A stretch of DNA of 64,000 nucleotides from Planctomycetota bacterium (GCA_044225365.1 JBGAIQ010000009.1:1-64000); one strand, 5' to 3'; positions 1-9,958 are shown, numbered from the stretch's first letter. The notes: generated by a model not told the origin, from the letters alone. Numbers and translations are program-made.

Positions 1-140
1 AACGCGAGAGTCGCTCCCTCCGTTGCGAACTCGGTCCATCCCGGGGACTCGAAGCGCAGGGGGATCCCGACGACGTCGCGATAGAACGCCGTCGACCGTT
101 TCATGTCTCGGACGAAGACGATCACGTATTGGAGGAGCAT
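1..140 (-). CDS. VOC/glyoxalase family protein (partial, runs off the left edge)
   Basis: Manual translation MLLQYVIVFVRDMKRSTAFYRDVVGIPLRFESPGWTEF; AAAGGA RBS upstream; not in the ORF track. Confidence 0.85.
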   Translation of the reverse strand, partial: MLLQYVIVFVRDMKRSTAFYRDVVGIPLRFESPGWTEFATEGATLA

Positions 141-178
141 TCCGAGGGGGTCCTTTCGAGCGCGAGCGGCGGGCTTCC

Positions 179-206
179 CACGAACGACAATCATCGCAGG
201 TCGACA
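179..206 (-). promoter_or_regulatory. possible ECF42-type promoter (TGTCGA-N18-CGTG) upstream of the VOC gene
   Basis: TGTCGA -35 box; spacing and -10 are imperfect relative to TGTCGA-N16/17-CGWC. Confidence 0.25.
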
Positions 207-252
207 TCGGACCTTCAAACTGCGTCTTCGCGAGTCTCCGCGCGCGGGGTCG

Positions 253-810
253 TCATGCTTGCGATCGCATCGCGTCGGAGAAGATCCGCTCCGAGCCCTC
301 TGCGATTCGAGCCACCAGATCCGGGATCGCTCGGCCGGCCGCGAAGTCGCGCTCGAACGTGTACGCCATCTCCTCCAGCGGGCTCTGCTCGTATCCGAAA
401 CCGAGCAATCCGAGTCCGTACGCGAGCAAGAAGCGCGAGGGGCCGAGGGTCGCCCACTGCACGACGTGGACCATCTCGTGGAAGCGAAGGCGTTCGCAGT
501 CCTGTCCGCGAGCGACGAAGAACGTGTCCTTGTAGGTCACTCCCGCGGCCGACATCTCTCCCATCGCGGAGAGTTCGGGAACGATGGGATCGAGGAACTC
601 AGCGAAGGGCGGAAAGGGCGTGACGTCGACGCTCACCACTTTCGCTCGTGCGAGCCATTGCCGCGGGAAGTACATGGGCAAGCAATCGTCCGCGAACGAC
701 TGGACGGAACGAGCCTCGTGAGCGTGCGAACGCAGCAATTCGTCGATCCAGCGCTCGAGCGCGGGCAATGCCGTCGTGAATCGAGCGAGGATGTCGCGGT
801 GGTCGGTCAT
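253..810 (-). CDS. hypothetical HExxH protein (DUF4157/eCIS-core-like)
   Basis: FHEMVHVVQW...SPLEEMAY motifs; ATGA overlap with the upstream gene. Confidence 0.7.
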   Translation of the reverse strand: MTDHRDILARFTTALPALERWIDELLRSHAHEARSVQSFADDCLPMYFPRQWLARAKVVSVDVTPFPPFAEFLDPIVPELSAMGEMSAAGVTYKDTFFVARGQDCERLRFHEMVHVVQWATLGPSRFLLAYGLGLLGFGYEQSPLEEMAYTFERDFAAGRAIPDLVARIAEGSERIFSDAMRSQA

Positions 811-1475
811 GAAGGGTCGCATCTTCCAGAATCACTCGTCGCGCGCTCGATCGACGTGATCTGTCGATCCTGCGATCGCGAGAAGACGATGAGGGCCGTG
901 ATCGCGCCCAGCAACGCGAACAACATGTCGGATTGCGTGTCCCAGGGATCCCCCTGCGTCCCCAGGAATTCGTCGGCACCCTTGCCCAGAGTCAGCGCCG
1001 AAGCCCACTCGACGAGTTCGTAGAGCGCGCTGCCGGTCATCGCGATGCAGAACACCACGAATGCGAGCGTCTTCTGCCCGCGAATTCGCGCGCCGCGCGT
1101 CAGGATCTCACGCGCCGTGAGTGCAGGAACCAAGCCCTGCAGGAAGTGGCCGAGCTTGTCGTAGGGGTTGCGTTCGAGGTGGAACGCTTGCTGCACCCAC
1201 GAGCCGAGCGGGACGCGCGCATACGAGTAGGCGCCGCCCCCGATCAGCACGCACGCATGAACGAAGATCGCACCGTAGAGCAGGGGCGTGAGCGGGTATC
1301 GCCGCCGAGTCGCGACGAGGATCGGCAGGACGACGAGCACCGGGAGGACCTCGAGGAACCACGTGGTCCGATCGAATGGGTGGATCCCGGAGATCGTGAG
1401 GATCCCGAGCAGGACCGCGCCGGCGCCGAGGAGGGCGTGATCGTGCGACGCCATCCCTCGATTCTTCGAGCCCAT
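807..1475 (-). CDS. DUF2238 (YjdF-like) inner membrane protein
   Basis: YSYARVPLG, RNPYDKLGHF, FLGTQGDPWDTQSDM motifs. Confidence 0.9.
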   Translation of the reverse strand: MGSKNRGMASHDHALLGAGAVLLGILTISGIHPFDRTTWFLEVLPVLVVLPILVATRRRYPLTPLLYGAIFVHACVLIGGGAYSYARVPLGSWVQQAFHLERNPYDKLGHFLQGLVPALTAREILTRGARIRGQKTLAFVVFCIAMTGSALYELVEWASALTLGKGADEFLGTQGDPWDTQSDMLFALLGAITALIVFSRSQDRQITSIERATSDSGRCDPS

Positions 1476-1922
1476 TCAACGCGCTCGTAGGCCGAACGCC
1501 AATTCGACGGCCCAGCGCTGACTCCCCTCGGTGAGCCGTTCGATCGCGACTTCTGGCGCGATCCATACGGGCTCGGCCTCCGCTCGAGCCTCCGATTCCT
1601 TGGCGAGTAAAGTCGCCGTGAAGAACGAGCAGCGCTTCCGGAAATGCGTGTTCTCGGCCGTACCGAATACAAATTGATCCGCAATGCCGACGAACGACTC
1701 GAGGCGGACGAGCCAACCGATCTCCTCGAGCGCTTCGCGCACAGCCGCATCCTCGATCGATTCGCCCGCTTCCTGCCCGCCTCCCGGTAAATGGACGCCG
1801 GCCTTCGTCTCGATCACCGCGATGTCCCCGTTCTCGTTCTTCAGCAGCACGTATCCACCTGGACGGAGTCGATACTCCACCCCTGGCAAATGGGTCCCGA
1901 ACTCACACAGTGGTCGCGACAT
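1476..1922 (-). CDS. NUDIX hydrolase
   Basis: Nudix box GGQEAGESIEDAAVREALEEIG. Confidence 0.9.
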   Translation of the reverse strand: MSRPLCEFGTHLPGVEYRLRPGGYVLLKNENGDIAVIETKAGVHLPGGGQEAGESIEDAAVREALEEIGWLVRLESFVGIADQFVFGTAENTHFRKRCSFFTATLLAKESEARAEAEPVWIAPEVAIERLTEGSQRWAVELAFGLRAR

Positions 1923-2030
1923 CTCTCGACTCCGACAAGAACTCGGCGAGAGTGCAGAGCTTATCGAAGCAAGGCCGCCGAACTGCCGGTTCGCCGATCG
2001 AGCGTCGAAGGGCGCTTCGCGAAGCAACGA

Positions 2031-2468
2031 TCACTTCGGGGCGCTCGCTCTCAACAATGCCGCCACTTCCTCGTACTCACGCAGCCTTGCGAAGTCCTTC
2101 TCGGTCGGATCCTTCAACCGGCTCAGGTCCATGTTGTCGGCGACGTCCGCCAGCTTGACGACGCGCGCAATCGGATTCGCGGCGGCACGCTTCGCCGCGG
2201 CGAGCCTGCCCTCGCCTTTCGACTTCGTGAGAGCGGCAACGGCTTCCACGACGGGTTCCGGAACACCCTCGGCGCGCAAGTCGTCCAGCGTGATCGGTGT
2301 ATCCTCGACGACGTCGTGCAGTACGGCCGCCATCCGTTCGAATTCGCCTGTCACCGCCAGCATGACGCGGAGCGGATGGAGGATGTACGGCTGGTTCGCC
2401 TTGTCGACCTGTCCGGCGTGCGCGCGCGCGGCGATCTCGATCGCACGCTCCAATTCGAAGGCGGTCAT
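2031..2468 (-). CDS. HD-domain phosphohydrolase (small alarmone hydrolase/Mesh1-like)
   Basis: AHAGQ, PYILHP, AVLHDVVED, VKLADVADN. Confidence 0.88.
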   Translation of the reverse strand: MTAFELERAIEIAARAHAGQVDKANQPYILHPLRVMLAVTGEFERMAAVLHDVVEDTPITLDDLRAEGVPEPVVEAVAALTKSKGEGRLAAAKRAAANPIARVVKLADVADNMDLSRLKDPTEKDFARLREYEEVAALLRASAPK

Positions 2469-2881
2469 GCGATCCACTCCTTCACGACGGCGAGCAGCGC
2501 CGCGCGCTTCTTCTTCAGGTCCAGTTCGTCCTTGAACTCGATCGAGCAGCGATCGTCGCCGTGCCATCGCAGCAAACCCTGTGCATCCTCGATCGCGGGC
2601 CGCGTAACGGGTCGATGCTTCGCGCCTCGATGCAGAATGAGCAAGACCACGTCGTTCGCGCGGGGAGCGAGATTGATGGTCGCGAAGTCGTACTCGAGAA
2701 CGAAGCTCGGTGAATTCCACTTCACACACTCGGTGATTCGCGGATCGACGGAGAGTACGGCCTGCCGCAGCGTCTCGATCATCGTCTTCCTGGGATGTCG
2801 CAACGCGGCCATGTAGGCGTCGACGGTGTCTGCCTTCGCCTGCGATGCCGACTTCGTGGGCTTCTTCTTCGATGGCGTCAT
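2465..2881 (-). CDS. DUF1801 domain protein
   Basis: VDAYM...ITECVKWNSPSF; ATGA overlaps on both sides. Confidence 0.85.
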   Translation of the reverse strand: MTPSKKKPTKSASQAKADTVDAYMAALRHPRKTMIETLRQAVLSVDPRITECVKWNSPSFVLEYDFATINLAPRANDVVLLILHRGAKHRPVTRPAIEDAQGLLRWHGDDRCSIEFKDELDLKKKRAALLAVVKEWIA

Positions 2882-3297
2882 GTTCGCGGCCTCGAATCGG
2901 GGAGGTTCACGATCTTCACGATCTTGCGAAACGTCCAGCGGTATCCCTCGGGATCGATCGCGGAATACGAGCGGTCGCCCCAGAACTTGTCCTCCGGCGG
3001 GCTCTCGATCGTGGCGCCCGCCGCCCTCGCGACTTCGTAATGGCGATCGACGTCGTCGACGTAGCAGAAGAGTTCGACGCAACTCCCGCCGAGTTCGCGC
3101 GGGCTCTTCGCCGACGCATGCGACGAACCGATCGCGAACAGCGTGACATCGCAGAGAGCGAGTTCGGAGTAGATCACCCTCCCGCCCTGCGCGAATCGTC
3201 CGGTCTCGACGAAACCGAATGTGCGAGACAAGAAGGCGATCGCGGCCGGCGCGTCGGAATACGCGAGTCTTGGAAGGAGCGGTTGATGACTTCCCAC
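2878..3297 (-). CDS. VOC family protein
   Basis: AAIAFLSRTFGF, DKFWGDR..DPEGYRW. Confidence 0.88.
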   Translation of the reverse strand: MGSHQPLLPRLAYSDAPAAIAFLSRTFGFVETGRFAQGGRVIYSELALCDVTLFAIGSSHASAKSPRELGGSCVELFCYVDDVDRHYEVARAAGATIESPPEDKFWGDRSYSAIDPEGYRWTFRKIVKIVNLPDSRPRT

Positions 3298-3313
3298 GTC
3301 GGACTCCCGAGGT

Positions 3314-4285
3314 TCATTCGATCGCGATCAGTTCGCAGAACTTCCTCAGATCGATGTTACCCCCCGAGACGATCGCGACGATCGGACCGCGGCCCGCCTT
3401 GCCCGTGAGTGCTGCAGCGAGCGGCAGTGCGCCCGCGCCTTCGGCGATGATCCGCGCCTTCTCCGCCATGAGGCGCATCGCGCGTCGAACCTCGTCGAGG
3501 CTCACGACGATCGTCCCGTCGAGGATCGGGCGCATCCGCTCCCACATGCGCGGGAACACGCTCTGCCCGCCCGCACCGTCGACGAACGAGGGTTTCCAGT
3601 CGGCGAAGGTCTGCGGCGACCCTCGTGCCAGCGAGAGCGTGACGGGGGATGCCGTCTCCGGCTCGGCACCGATCACGCGAACCGACGGTTTCAACGCACG
3701 CATCGCGCTGCCGACGCCGACGACGAGTCCCCCACCACCGATTCCCGCGATGACCGCCGTGGTATCCGGAGCATCCTCCAGGATCTCGAATCCCATCGTC
3801 GCGTGACCCGCGATGAAGTCGTCGTCGTCGAACGGATGCACGAACGCGCCTTCGACTCCCGGATACGCGCGTTCATCGAGTGCGCGCCAAGCGGCGTCGT
3901 AGGGCACGAGGACGAGCTTCGCGCCGAGCGCGCGCATGCGGTCGAGCTTCGCGAGCGGCGCGGACTCGATCGCGACGACCGTGCACGCGACGCCCAACTT
4001 GCGCGCCGCGTAGGCCACGCCCTGCCCGGCATTGCCGGCGCTGATCGTCCAGACGCCCTTGCTGCGTTCTCTTGGATCGAGCTTCGCCACCGCGTTCGCC
4101 GCCCCGCGCAGCTTGTAGGCATTGATCGGCTGCAGGTTCTCGAGCTTCAGGCGGATGTCGGGGAAGTCTCCACCGAGTTCGAGTCGCACGAGCGGAGTGC
4201 GCACGACCGTGTCCGCGATGCGCTCGCGCGCCGCCTGGATCTCCGCGAGCGCGATCGGGCGAACGGGTGGGATTGAGGTCTGCAT
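3314..4285 (-). CDS. PLP-dependent threonine/serine dehydratase family protein
   Basis: KLENLQPINAYKLRGA, SAGNAG, GIGGGGL, SGGN. Confidence 0.9.
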   Translation of the reverse strand: MQTSIPPVRPIALAEIQAARERIADTVVRTPLVRLELGGDFPDIRLKLENLQPINAYKLRGAANAVAKLDPRERSKGVWTISAGNAGQGVAYAARKLGVACTVVAIESAPLAKLDRMRALGAKLVLVPYDAAWRALDERAYPGVEGAFVHPFDDDDFIAGHATMGFEILEDAPDTTAVIAGIGGGGLVVGVGSAMRALKPSVRVIGAEPETASPVTLSLARGSPQTFADWKPSFVDGAGGQSVFPRMWERMRPILDGTIVVSLDEVRRAMRLMAEKARIIAEGAGALPLAAALTGKAGRGPIVAIVSGGNIDLRKFCELIAIE

Positions 4286-4398
4286 GGATCGGTCCCGCAA
4301 CGGGAGTGAAAGACGGCAGCGATCATTCAACACGGTCGCCGAGCGAAACGCATTCCGTTCTCCCGTCCATGATCCCATGATCGAAGGAATCCGAACGA

Positions 4399-5286
4399 TC
4401 ACTTCGCGACGACCGGCTTGCCTCGCGGCAGTGCTGCCAACTCCTCGAGCCTTTCCTTGCTCAAGGGTCGATCCGAGATCGGCTCGATCGCTTCTCCCTT
4501 CTTCGCGATGACGGGATCACCGTACTCTTCCTTCAGCGATGCGAAGACCGCCTCCACGTCCTTGTCTCCTCCTTCCGCGAGGAAGTAGGCGTCGTGGAGG
4601 CGACCCCATTTCCCATCGCCCTCGGCGCGAGTGAGGCACTTCAATTCCTTCACGCTCTTTCCGAGCCAAAGGCGATACAGCGCGAGCTTGGGGACCTCAC
4701 GCTGCTTGCCCGAGAAGTTCTCGAGGAACGAGACGAGGCCTCCGCCAAGAAGCGCGACGCTGCGCGCGGACTTCTCGTCGCCGTTCGGACTCGAGATCGT
4801 CGCGACCGGGATCCACTTGTTCGATGTCACATCGAAGACGAAGTACAAGAGATCGGTCGTCTCCTTCTCGGCGCCCTTCTCCTTGCGGACGAAGAACCGA
4901 ATCGTCTGGCCGAGGTGCCAATCACAAGGTCGATGGGTATGAGCCCCTTCGCCTTCACCCCCGAACCGATTGAGGATCGTCTTCTCGTCGGCTTCGATGA
5001 CCTTCGGGTGCAGTTCCTTCGAGGTGTCCCACACCGAGCAGATCGTGCGCTTCTCCTCGCCGCGATTGTGCTGGATGCCGCAATAACCTCCCGCGGGCTC
5101 ACCGGGATGCCAATTCGCGCCGCAGTAGTACGTGTTCGAATTCGTCGCGAGGACGGTGATCTCGCCGTACAGGCACGTCGCCTCGTCGAGACCCTTCGTG
5201 TCCCACCAGAGGTGTTGAGCCATCGCTGCATGCGACAGGACCCAGGTAGCGAGGAGGAAGTGGAGGACGAGTCGTATCGGTCGCAT
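4399..5286 (-). CDS. secreted DUF3472/DUF5077-like protein
   Basis: Signal peptide; GYCGIQ, SVWD, FGGEGEG, SFLENF motifs. Confidence 0.75.
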   Translation of the reverse strand: MRPIRLVLHFLLATWVLSHAAMAQHLWWDTKGLDEATCLYGEITVLATNSNTYYCGANWHPGEPAGGYCGIQHNRGEEKRTICSVWDTSKELHPKVIEADEKTILNRFGGEGEGAHTHRPCDWHLGQTIRFFVRKEKGAEKETTDLLYFVFDVTSNKWIPVATISSPNGDEKSARSVALLGGGLVSFLENFSGKQREVPKLALYRLWLGKSVKELKCLTRAEGDGKWGRLHDAYFLAEGGDKDVEAVFASLKEEYGDPVIAKKGEAIEPISDRPLSKERLEELAALPRGKPVVAK

Positions 5287-5617
5287 TGGGATCCGGTCGC
5301 ACAGAGTCGCGAAGGTCTACAGGGTGCCGTCGAGGATCACCAGCGCCGCTGGCGCCGTGAGAGAGCACACGCCCAGTGCGTCACACGTCGCGGATTGTAA
5401 GAAGTACCGCCCCCCCGCCTCTGGAGGGCCGCGCCGTACTGCGGAAGCAGCGTGTGACCGCGGTCGACCGATCCCAGCAGGAAGACGGAGAAGTGGGGTC
5501 ACTCTTCGCGACGCCGCTCCGCTCAGCACGCCCTCATCCTAATTCACGATGAATCGCGCGACCCGGGCTCCCCGAAGAAACTTGGCGACGACGCGCCTCC
5601 CCGCCGAATTCCCCTTC

Positions 5618-5849
5618 CGGCGGTTACGGATCGCAGCCGCCGCCGCCGGCGGTTACGGATCGCAGCCGCCGCCGCCGGCGGTTACGGATCGCAGCCGTCG
5701 CCACCGGCGGTTACGGATCGCAGCCGTCGCCACCGGCGGTTACGGATCGCAGCCGCCGCCACCGGCGGTTACGGATCGCAGCCGTCGCCGCCGGCGGTTA
5801 CGGATCGCAGCCGTCGCCGCCGGCGGTTACGGATCGCAGCCGCCTCCGC
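5618..5849 (+). repeat. tandem array, 8 x 29 bp palindromic unit CGGCGGTTACGGATCGCAGCCGYCGCCRC
   Basis: Directly visible 29-bp period; CCGCCGAATT at 5601 and 5846. Confidence 0.95.
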
Positions 5850-5866
5850 CGAATTGGGCGTGGCGT

Positions 5867-6319
5867 TCAACTCGAAACGTCGTTTCCCGGAGGATTCACG
5901 GCCTTCGCGATCGTGCGAGTCACGACTCCTGCCCCAAGCCGTTTTTGCCACCACCCGAGCCAACCCCGTTCACGCGACGGAGAATGCTCGAAGTCGAACA
6001 ACGGCTGGTCGGCCAGTGTCATCGGCCAGAGCACCCGACTCGCAAACGTCGTCGAATTCGCGAGTGCCAGCGGCGCGATCGACCCGACGCGCGCGGCCCA
6101 ACGCGCGAGGAACTCGTCGCGGCCCCGCGCATAGAACGAAGCTTCGAACCAGCGATCTCGCCCCGTGACGAAGCACAGGAAGTAGTCCTCGGCCCACGAG
6201 TCGTTCGTGAATTCGCCGATGATCTTCACCTCGTCGACACGAAGATCGAATGCGCCGTACCCGGACGATCGATAACGGATCCAATCTCCTTCGAAGCGGA
6301 TCTCTCCCGATTCCGACAT
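5867..6319 (-). CDS. hypothetical protein
   Basis: MSESGEIRF start 1 bp after the upstream stop; globular aromatic-rich composition. Confidence 0.65.
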   Translation of the reverse strand: MSESGEIRFEGDWIRYRSSGYGAFDLRVDEVKIIGEFTNDSWAEDYFLCFVTGRDRWFEASFYARGRDEFLARWAARVGSIAPLALANSTTFASRVLWPMTLADQPLFDFEHSPSRERGWLGWWQKRLGAGVVTRTIAKAVNPPGNDVSS

Positions 6320-6320
6320 C

Positions 6321-6827
6321 TCATTCACTCCATGCCGAAGCCAGGACTTCCATGGGATTGCCCACGACGACGCGCGCTGCGTATCCATCCGCGATGCACT
6401 CGAACGTCGAGTCATGGAACGTGAAGATGAAGTGGCGCTTCTTTGCGAAGGAGTCCGGACGATGGCGGGGATGGACCGCGTCCGCCGCCGCCAGTTCGCG
6501 GATCCAGGGCGAGCGAATCACTTCGTATGCGCCGTACGGACGAAGTCCGCGCGCGGCCAGTGGATGACTGAGAGAAATCTCGTCGCCCGGCGGTCCCGCG
6601 AAATGCGCGAAGCACGGATCGAATCGGACGATCGCAACCGATTCCCCGCTCCCCCATTCCGTGGCGTTCGCTTCGATTGCGTTCGCGCGATTCCCATCGT
6701 CCCCGACCAAGTAAGCCAGAAGCAACCGATGTTCGTCCGCGACGAGCGCTGGCGCGGGCGCACCCGCATCGGAGCGAGGAACATCCTTCAAACGCTCCAC
6801 GCGATCGTGGGCATCGACGTGGTACAT
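6321..6827 (-). CDS. hypothetical protein
   Basis: HPLAARGL..YGAYEV..SPWI, HFIFTFHDSTFECIA. Confidence 0.75.
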   Translation of the reverse strand: MYHVDAHDRVERLKDVPRSDAGAPAPALVADEHRLLLAYLVGDDGNRANAIEANATEWGSGESVAIVRFDPCFAHFAGPPGDEISLSHPLAARGLRPYGAYEVIRSPWIRELAAADAVHPRHRPDSFAKKRHFIFTFHDSTFECIADGYAARVVVGNPMEVLASAWSE

Positions 6828-6833
6828 GGGGAT

Positions 6834-7214
6834 CTACGCGTCCCCCGTCGGCACGATCGCCGCCGTCTCCACCATGAGGATCACGGCGCGCTCGGGCGCG
6901 CGCGTGCGATGGACCACCCCGCGCGGCACCACGAATCCTTCGTGCGGCTTCAATTCCACGACCCGGTCCTCGAGGTCGATGAGGAACTTCCCCTCGAGCA
7001 CGAAGAAGAACTCGTCATCGCGATCGTGCTTGTGCCAGTGGTACTCGCCCTGCATCACGCCGAGGCGGACGACGGAGTCGTTGACCTTGCAGAGCGTCTC
7101 GTTGTACCAGGGGTGCTTCACCGCCTGCACGAGACTCGGAACGTCCACCGTCGTGAGCGACGGGAATCGGATGTCGAGGATCGTTTCGTAGGGGAAGGGA
7201 TTGGATTCCGTCAT
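6834..7214 (-). CDS. cupin domain protein
   Basis: YHWHKHDRDDEFF...VPRGVVH. Confidence 0.9.
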   Translation of the reverse strand: MTESNPFPYETILDIRFPSLTTVDVPSLVQAVKHPWYNETLCKVNDSVVRLGVMQGEYHWHKHDRDDEFFFVLEGKFLIDLEDRVVELKPHEGFVVPRGVVHRTRAPERAVILMVETAAIVPTGDA

Positions 7215-7280
7215 GCGCGCCCTCGTGGCTCGGATTCGCTCTACCAATCGGGGTCGAAAGTCTCGCGCCGCCGCCGGCCA

Positions 7281-7823
7281 TCACGTCGTCGGGAACGATC
7301 GAGGCGCGAGGATCGGAAGGAACTGCGTCCACGGTCCGACTTCGGCTGTGTATTGCTTCGCCATCGTACGGGCAATCTGCCCCAGGTGCGAAAGATCGTG
7401 GACCACCCAGGTCGCGAGCAATTGCCGCAGCGTCACTCGCCCAAACGTCGGGTGTTCGGCTTGCATGGCGAGTTCGGCCGCGCCAAGTCGCCACGACTCG
7501 ACGACTTCGAGATTCGCGCTTCGCAATCGTTCGAACTCTTCGAGCAACGAGGAAAGGGTGCGACCGACGTTACGTGCCTTGTGGCGAAAACGGTCGTAGC
7601 GATCGAACCGGCGGCTCACATCCCCCGCGAGCACGATCTTCGCCCGCGCGATCCAATCGGTCTCCTCGCCATCGATCAGATGCCCGACGACATCGAACGG
7701 CGAGAACGTGTCCGCCCCTTCGTTTCCGTGGATCCACGCCTCCGAGAGGCCAAGGAGCAACTCACGAAGCGTGCGCGGCGTGCGCCGCAGGATCGAGAGG
7801 GCTTCGTCGAGTTCGAATTCCAT
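7281..7823 (-). CDS. DinB family protein
   Basis: VVGHLIDGEETDW, WVVHDLSHLGQI. Confidence 0.9.
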   Translation of the reverse strand: MEFELDEALSILRRTPRTLRELLLGLSEAWIHGNEGADTFSPFDVVGHLIDGEETDWIARAKIVLAGDVSRRFDRYDRFRHKARNVGRTLSSLLEEFERLRSANLEVVESWRLGAAELAMQAEHPTFGRVTLRQLLATWVVHDLSHLGQIARTMAKQYTAEVGPWTQFLPILAPRSFPTT

Positions 7824-7846
7824 TTCGATTCCTCCTTCGGTCTTCT

Positions 7847-8323
7847 TCAGCGACCGTCGCCAACCACCGCAACGTGGATCGCGACGTGATCCGGTCCCAT
7901 GTACTCCTCGAAATCGGTCGTAAAGGCGCGACGAAATCGTTGCGAATTCGCGAAGTACTCCCAGATCTCTTTCCACCCCTCGATCACGATCTGCGGCATC
8001 GAGCCGCGACGTTCGAAGACGAGATACCCTCCACTTGGCACGACGACCGTGGAGAATCGTTCCACCTCGCCGACGACAGCGACACCCGCCGTGAGATCGT
8101 ACGGCCCGTTCGCGTCGGATTCATACTTCGAGTACACGCCGAACACGCTCGATCGATCCGCGCGATGCGGGATCCGCGTCATCAGACCGTCGCCGAAGAA
8201 CGTGCCCCATAAGCCTGGAATCTTGGCCTTCGCCGGATCGCACTCGTTCGCGTTCGAAGTGCGAATCGTCGAACCAGCGACGAGGAACTGCGGGACGACG
8301 ACGAGCGACGGATCGGACTTCAT
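7847..8323 (-). CDS. GyrI-like / AraC effector-binding (Cass2-like) protein
   Basis: IRTSNANE, KIPGLW, YESDANG, RAFTTDFEEY. Confidence 0.88.
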   Translation of the reverse strand: MKSDPSLVVVPQFLVAGSTIRTSNANECDPAKAKIPGLWGTFFGDGLMTRIPHRADRSSVFGVYSKYESDANGPYDLTAGVAVVGEVERFSTVVVPSGGYLVFERRGSMPQIVIEGWKEIWEYFANSQRFRRAFTTDFEEYMGPDHVAIHVAVVGDGR

Positions 8324-8454
8324 GGGACTCACCCGAGGATCCAGGATGAACGGCAGAAGGAAACTTCAGCCTCTCGTGTCCTGACGCATTCTCGACTCGC
8401 CGCGTGACGAAGATCGTTGCATTCCACCATGAATTCCTGAACTCGAATCCGCGA

Positions 8455-8937
8455 TCACGATCCTCGGAGCGACAAGGTCATGAACACACTGTGCGGATCC
8501 TCCACGTACCCTTCGAACGGCCCGCAATACGAGAATCCGACGCTCTCGTACATCCGACGCGCGGGAACGAACTCCGGCTGGGACCCCGTCTCCAGGCTCA
8601 CGCGCGAATAACCGCGACGCCGCGCCTCGCCGAGAATGTGTACGAGGATCGCTCTCCCCACCCCCGTTCCGCGCGCCGAAAGCGTCGTCCGCATCGATTT
8701 GATCTCGCCGTGCGTCGAGTCGAGTTCCTTCAACGCTCCACAGCCGAGAAGCTCGCTCTGCGACTCGAATGCGGCCTCCGACCACGCGGTCCAGAACGTG
8801 ACATCCGACTGTCGCAGCGCGTCGAGATCGAGCGCGTGCACGCTCTCTGGCGGCGAGATTGCGTGCATATCGTTCAGATGTTCTTCGAGCAGCGCTCGCA
8901 CTTCTCGACCCGCCAGGTCGTCGATTCGAATCTGCAT
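8455..8937 (-). CDS. GNAT N-acetyltransferase (YedL/YsnE-like)
   Basis: SPPESVHALD, GEIKSMRT, SLETGS. Confidence 0.92.
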   Translation of the reverse strand: MQIRIDDLAGREVRALLEEHLNDMHAISPPESVHALDLDALRQSDVTFWTAWSEAAFESQSELLGCGALKELDSTHGEIKSMRTTLSARGTGVGRAILVHILGEARRRGYSRVSLETGSQPEFVPARRMYESVGFSYCGPFEGYVEDPHSVFMTLSLRGS

Positions 8938-8990
8938 GGGACCGACGTTACTCCGCGGCGAACGTCACGACGATGCTCTTCATCGAAACG

Positions 8991-9488
8991 TCAACCGGCG
9001 CGCGCTCGCTCGAGTTGCGCGATGTCGAGCTTCTTCATCTGCAACAGCGCCCCCATCATTCGCGCGGCGCGCTGCGGATCGGGATCGTGGATCCACTCCC
9101 CGAGGACGCGCGGACTCACCTGCCACGAGACGCCATGCTTGTCCTTCAACCAGCCGCATTGCTGCGATCGCGGATCGCCACCGGCCGTGAGCCGATTCCA
9201 GTAGTGATCGATCTCCGCCTGCGAGTCGCAGAGCACCTGGAACGATACCGCTTCGTTGAATTGGAATGCCGGGCCTCCATTCAGCGCCGTGAAGCGGTGC
9301 CCTTCGAGTTCGAATTCCAACGTCATCACGGTGCCCGGCGCCTGTCCGTGGTGATCGTGGCCGACTTCGGTGTAATGCGAAACGCTCAGGATCCGCGAGT
9401 TCTCGAAGATCGAAAGGTAATCGTTCACGGCGGCTTCGGCGCCCTTCTGGAACCAGAGACAGGGAACGATTCGACTGGGAACGATCAT
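8991..9488 (-). CDS. VOC family protein (3-dmu-9 3-mt/PhnB-like)
   Basis: IVPCLWF, ALNGGP, CGWLKDKHGVSWQV; GGAGGA RBS. Confidence 0.92.
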   Translation of the reverse strand: MIVPSRIVPCLWFQKGAEAAVNDYLSIFENSRILSVSHYTEVGHDHHGQAPGTVMTLEFELEGHRFTALNGGPAFQFNEAVSFQVLCDSQAEIDHYWNRLTAGGDPRSQQCGWLKDKHGVSWQVSPRVLGEWIHDPDPQRAARMMGALLQMKKLDIAQLERARAG

Positions 9489-9547
9489 CGGAACTCCTCC
9501 GGACTCGGGGACCGAAAATTGTACGAGTTCGCTCGGAGGCGAACTCA

Positions 9548-9958
9548 TCACGGTTCGGGCGTACCCGTATCGTCGACTCCCTTCGTGAGCTCGTCGCGTG
9601 CGCTCGCCGCGAGCGACTGATAGCGGGCGCGAAACGTCCTCAGCACTTCGTCGTCGAGTTCCTCGAGATCGAGCAGTGCATTGTGCGCGCCACGCGTGGC
9701 GCGAATCAATTCGTCGAGCTTTACCTGGATCGCCTGGGTATCGCGATTCTGAGTGTTCTGGATCAAGAACACCATGAGGAACGTGATGATCGTCGTTCCG
9801 GTGTTGATGACGAGCTGCCAGGTATCGCTGAAGCCGAAGATTGGACCCGTCAGGATCCACACCACGATGACACCCACCGCGAGAGTGAAGGTTCGCGGTC
9901 TCCCGGACTCGTGGGCCGTCGCCTTCGCGAATTTCGAATACCAACTGGGATCGAGCAT
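9548..9958 (-). CDS. low-affinity iron permease family protein
   Basis: FSDTWQLVINTGTTIITFLMVFLIQNTQNRD. Confidence 0.92.
   Translation of the reverse strand: MLDPSWYSKFAKATAHESGRPRTFTLAVGVIVVWILTGPIFGFSDTWQLVINTGTTIITFLMVFLIQNTQNRDTQAIQVKLDELIRATRGAHNALLDLEELDDEVLRTFRARYQSLAASARDELTKGVDDTGTPEP

Noticed and set aside
5317-5542. Short ORFs on both strands
   Set aside because: No RBS, motif or coding-like composition
5618-5849. CRISPR array (also 22551 and 31577)
   Set aside because: Units are directly adjacent or have identical short linkers; no unique spacers and no cas genes
5549-6424. ORFs translating the repeat (GGYGSQPPPP / RIAAAA), also 21306-22826, 22513-22911 and 31547-32317
   Set aside because: The 29/35-bp period is not a multiple of 3; open frames arise from stop-free GC-rich repeats
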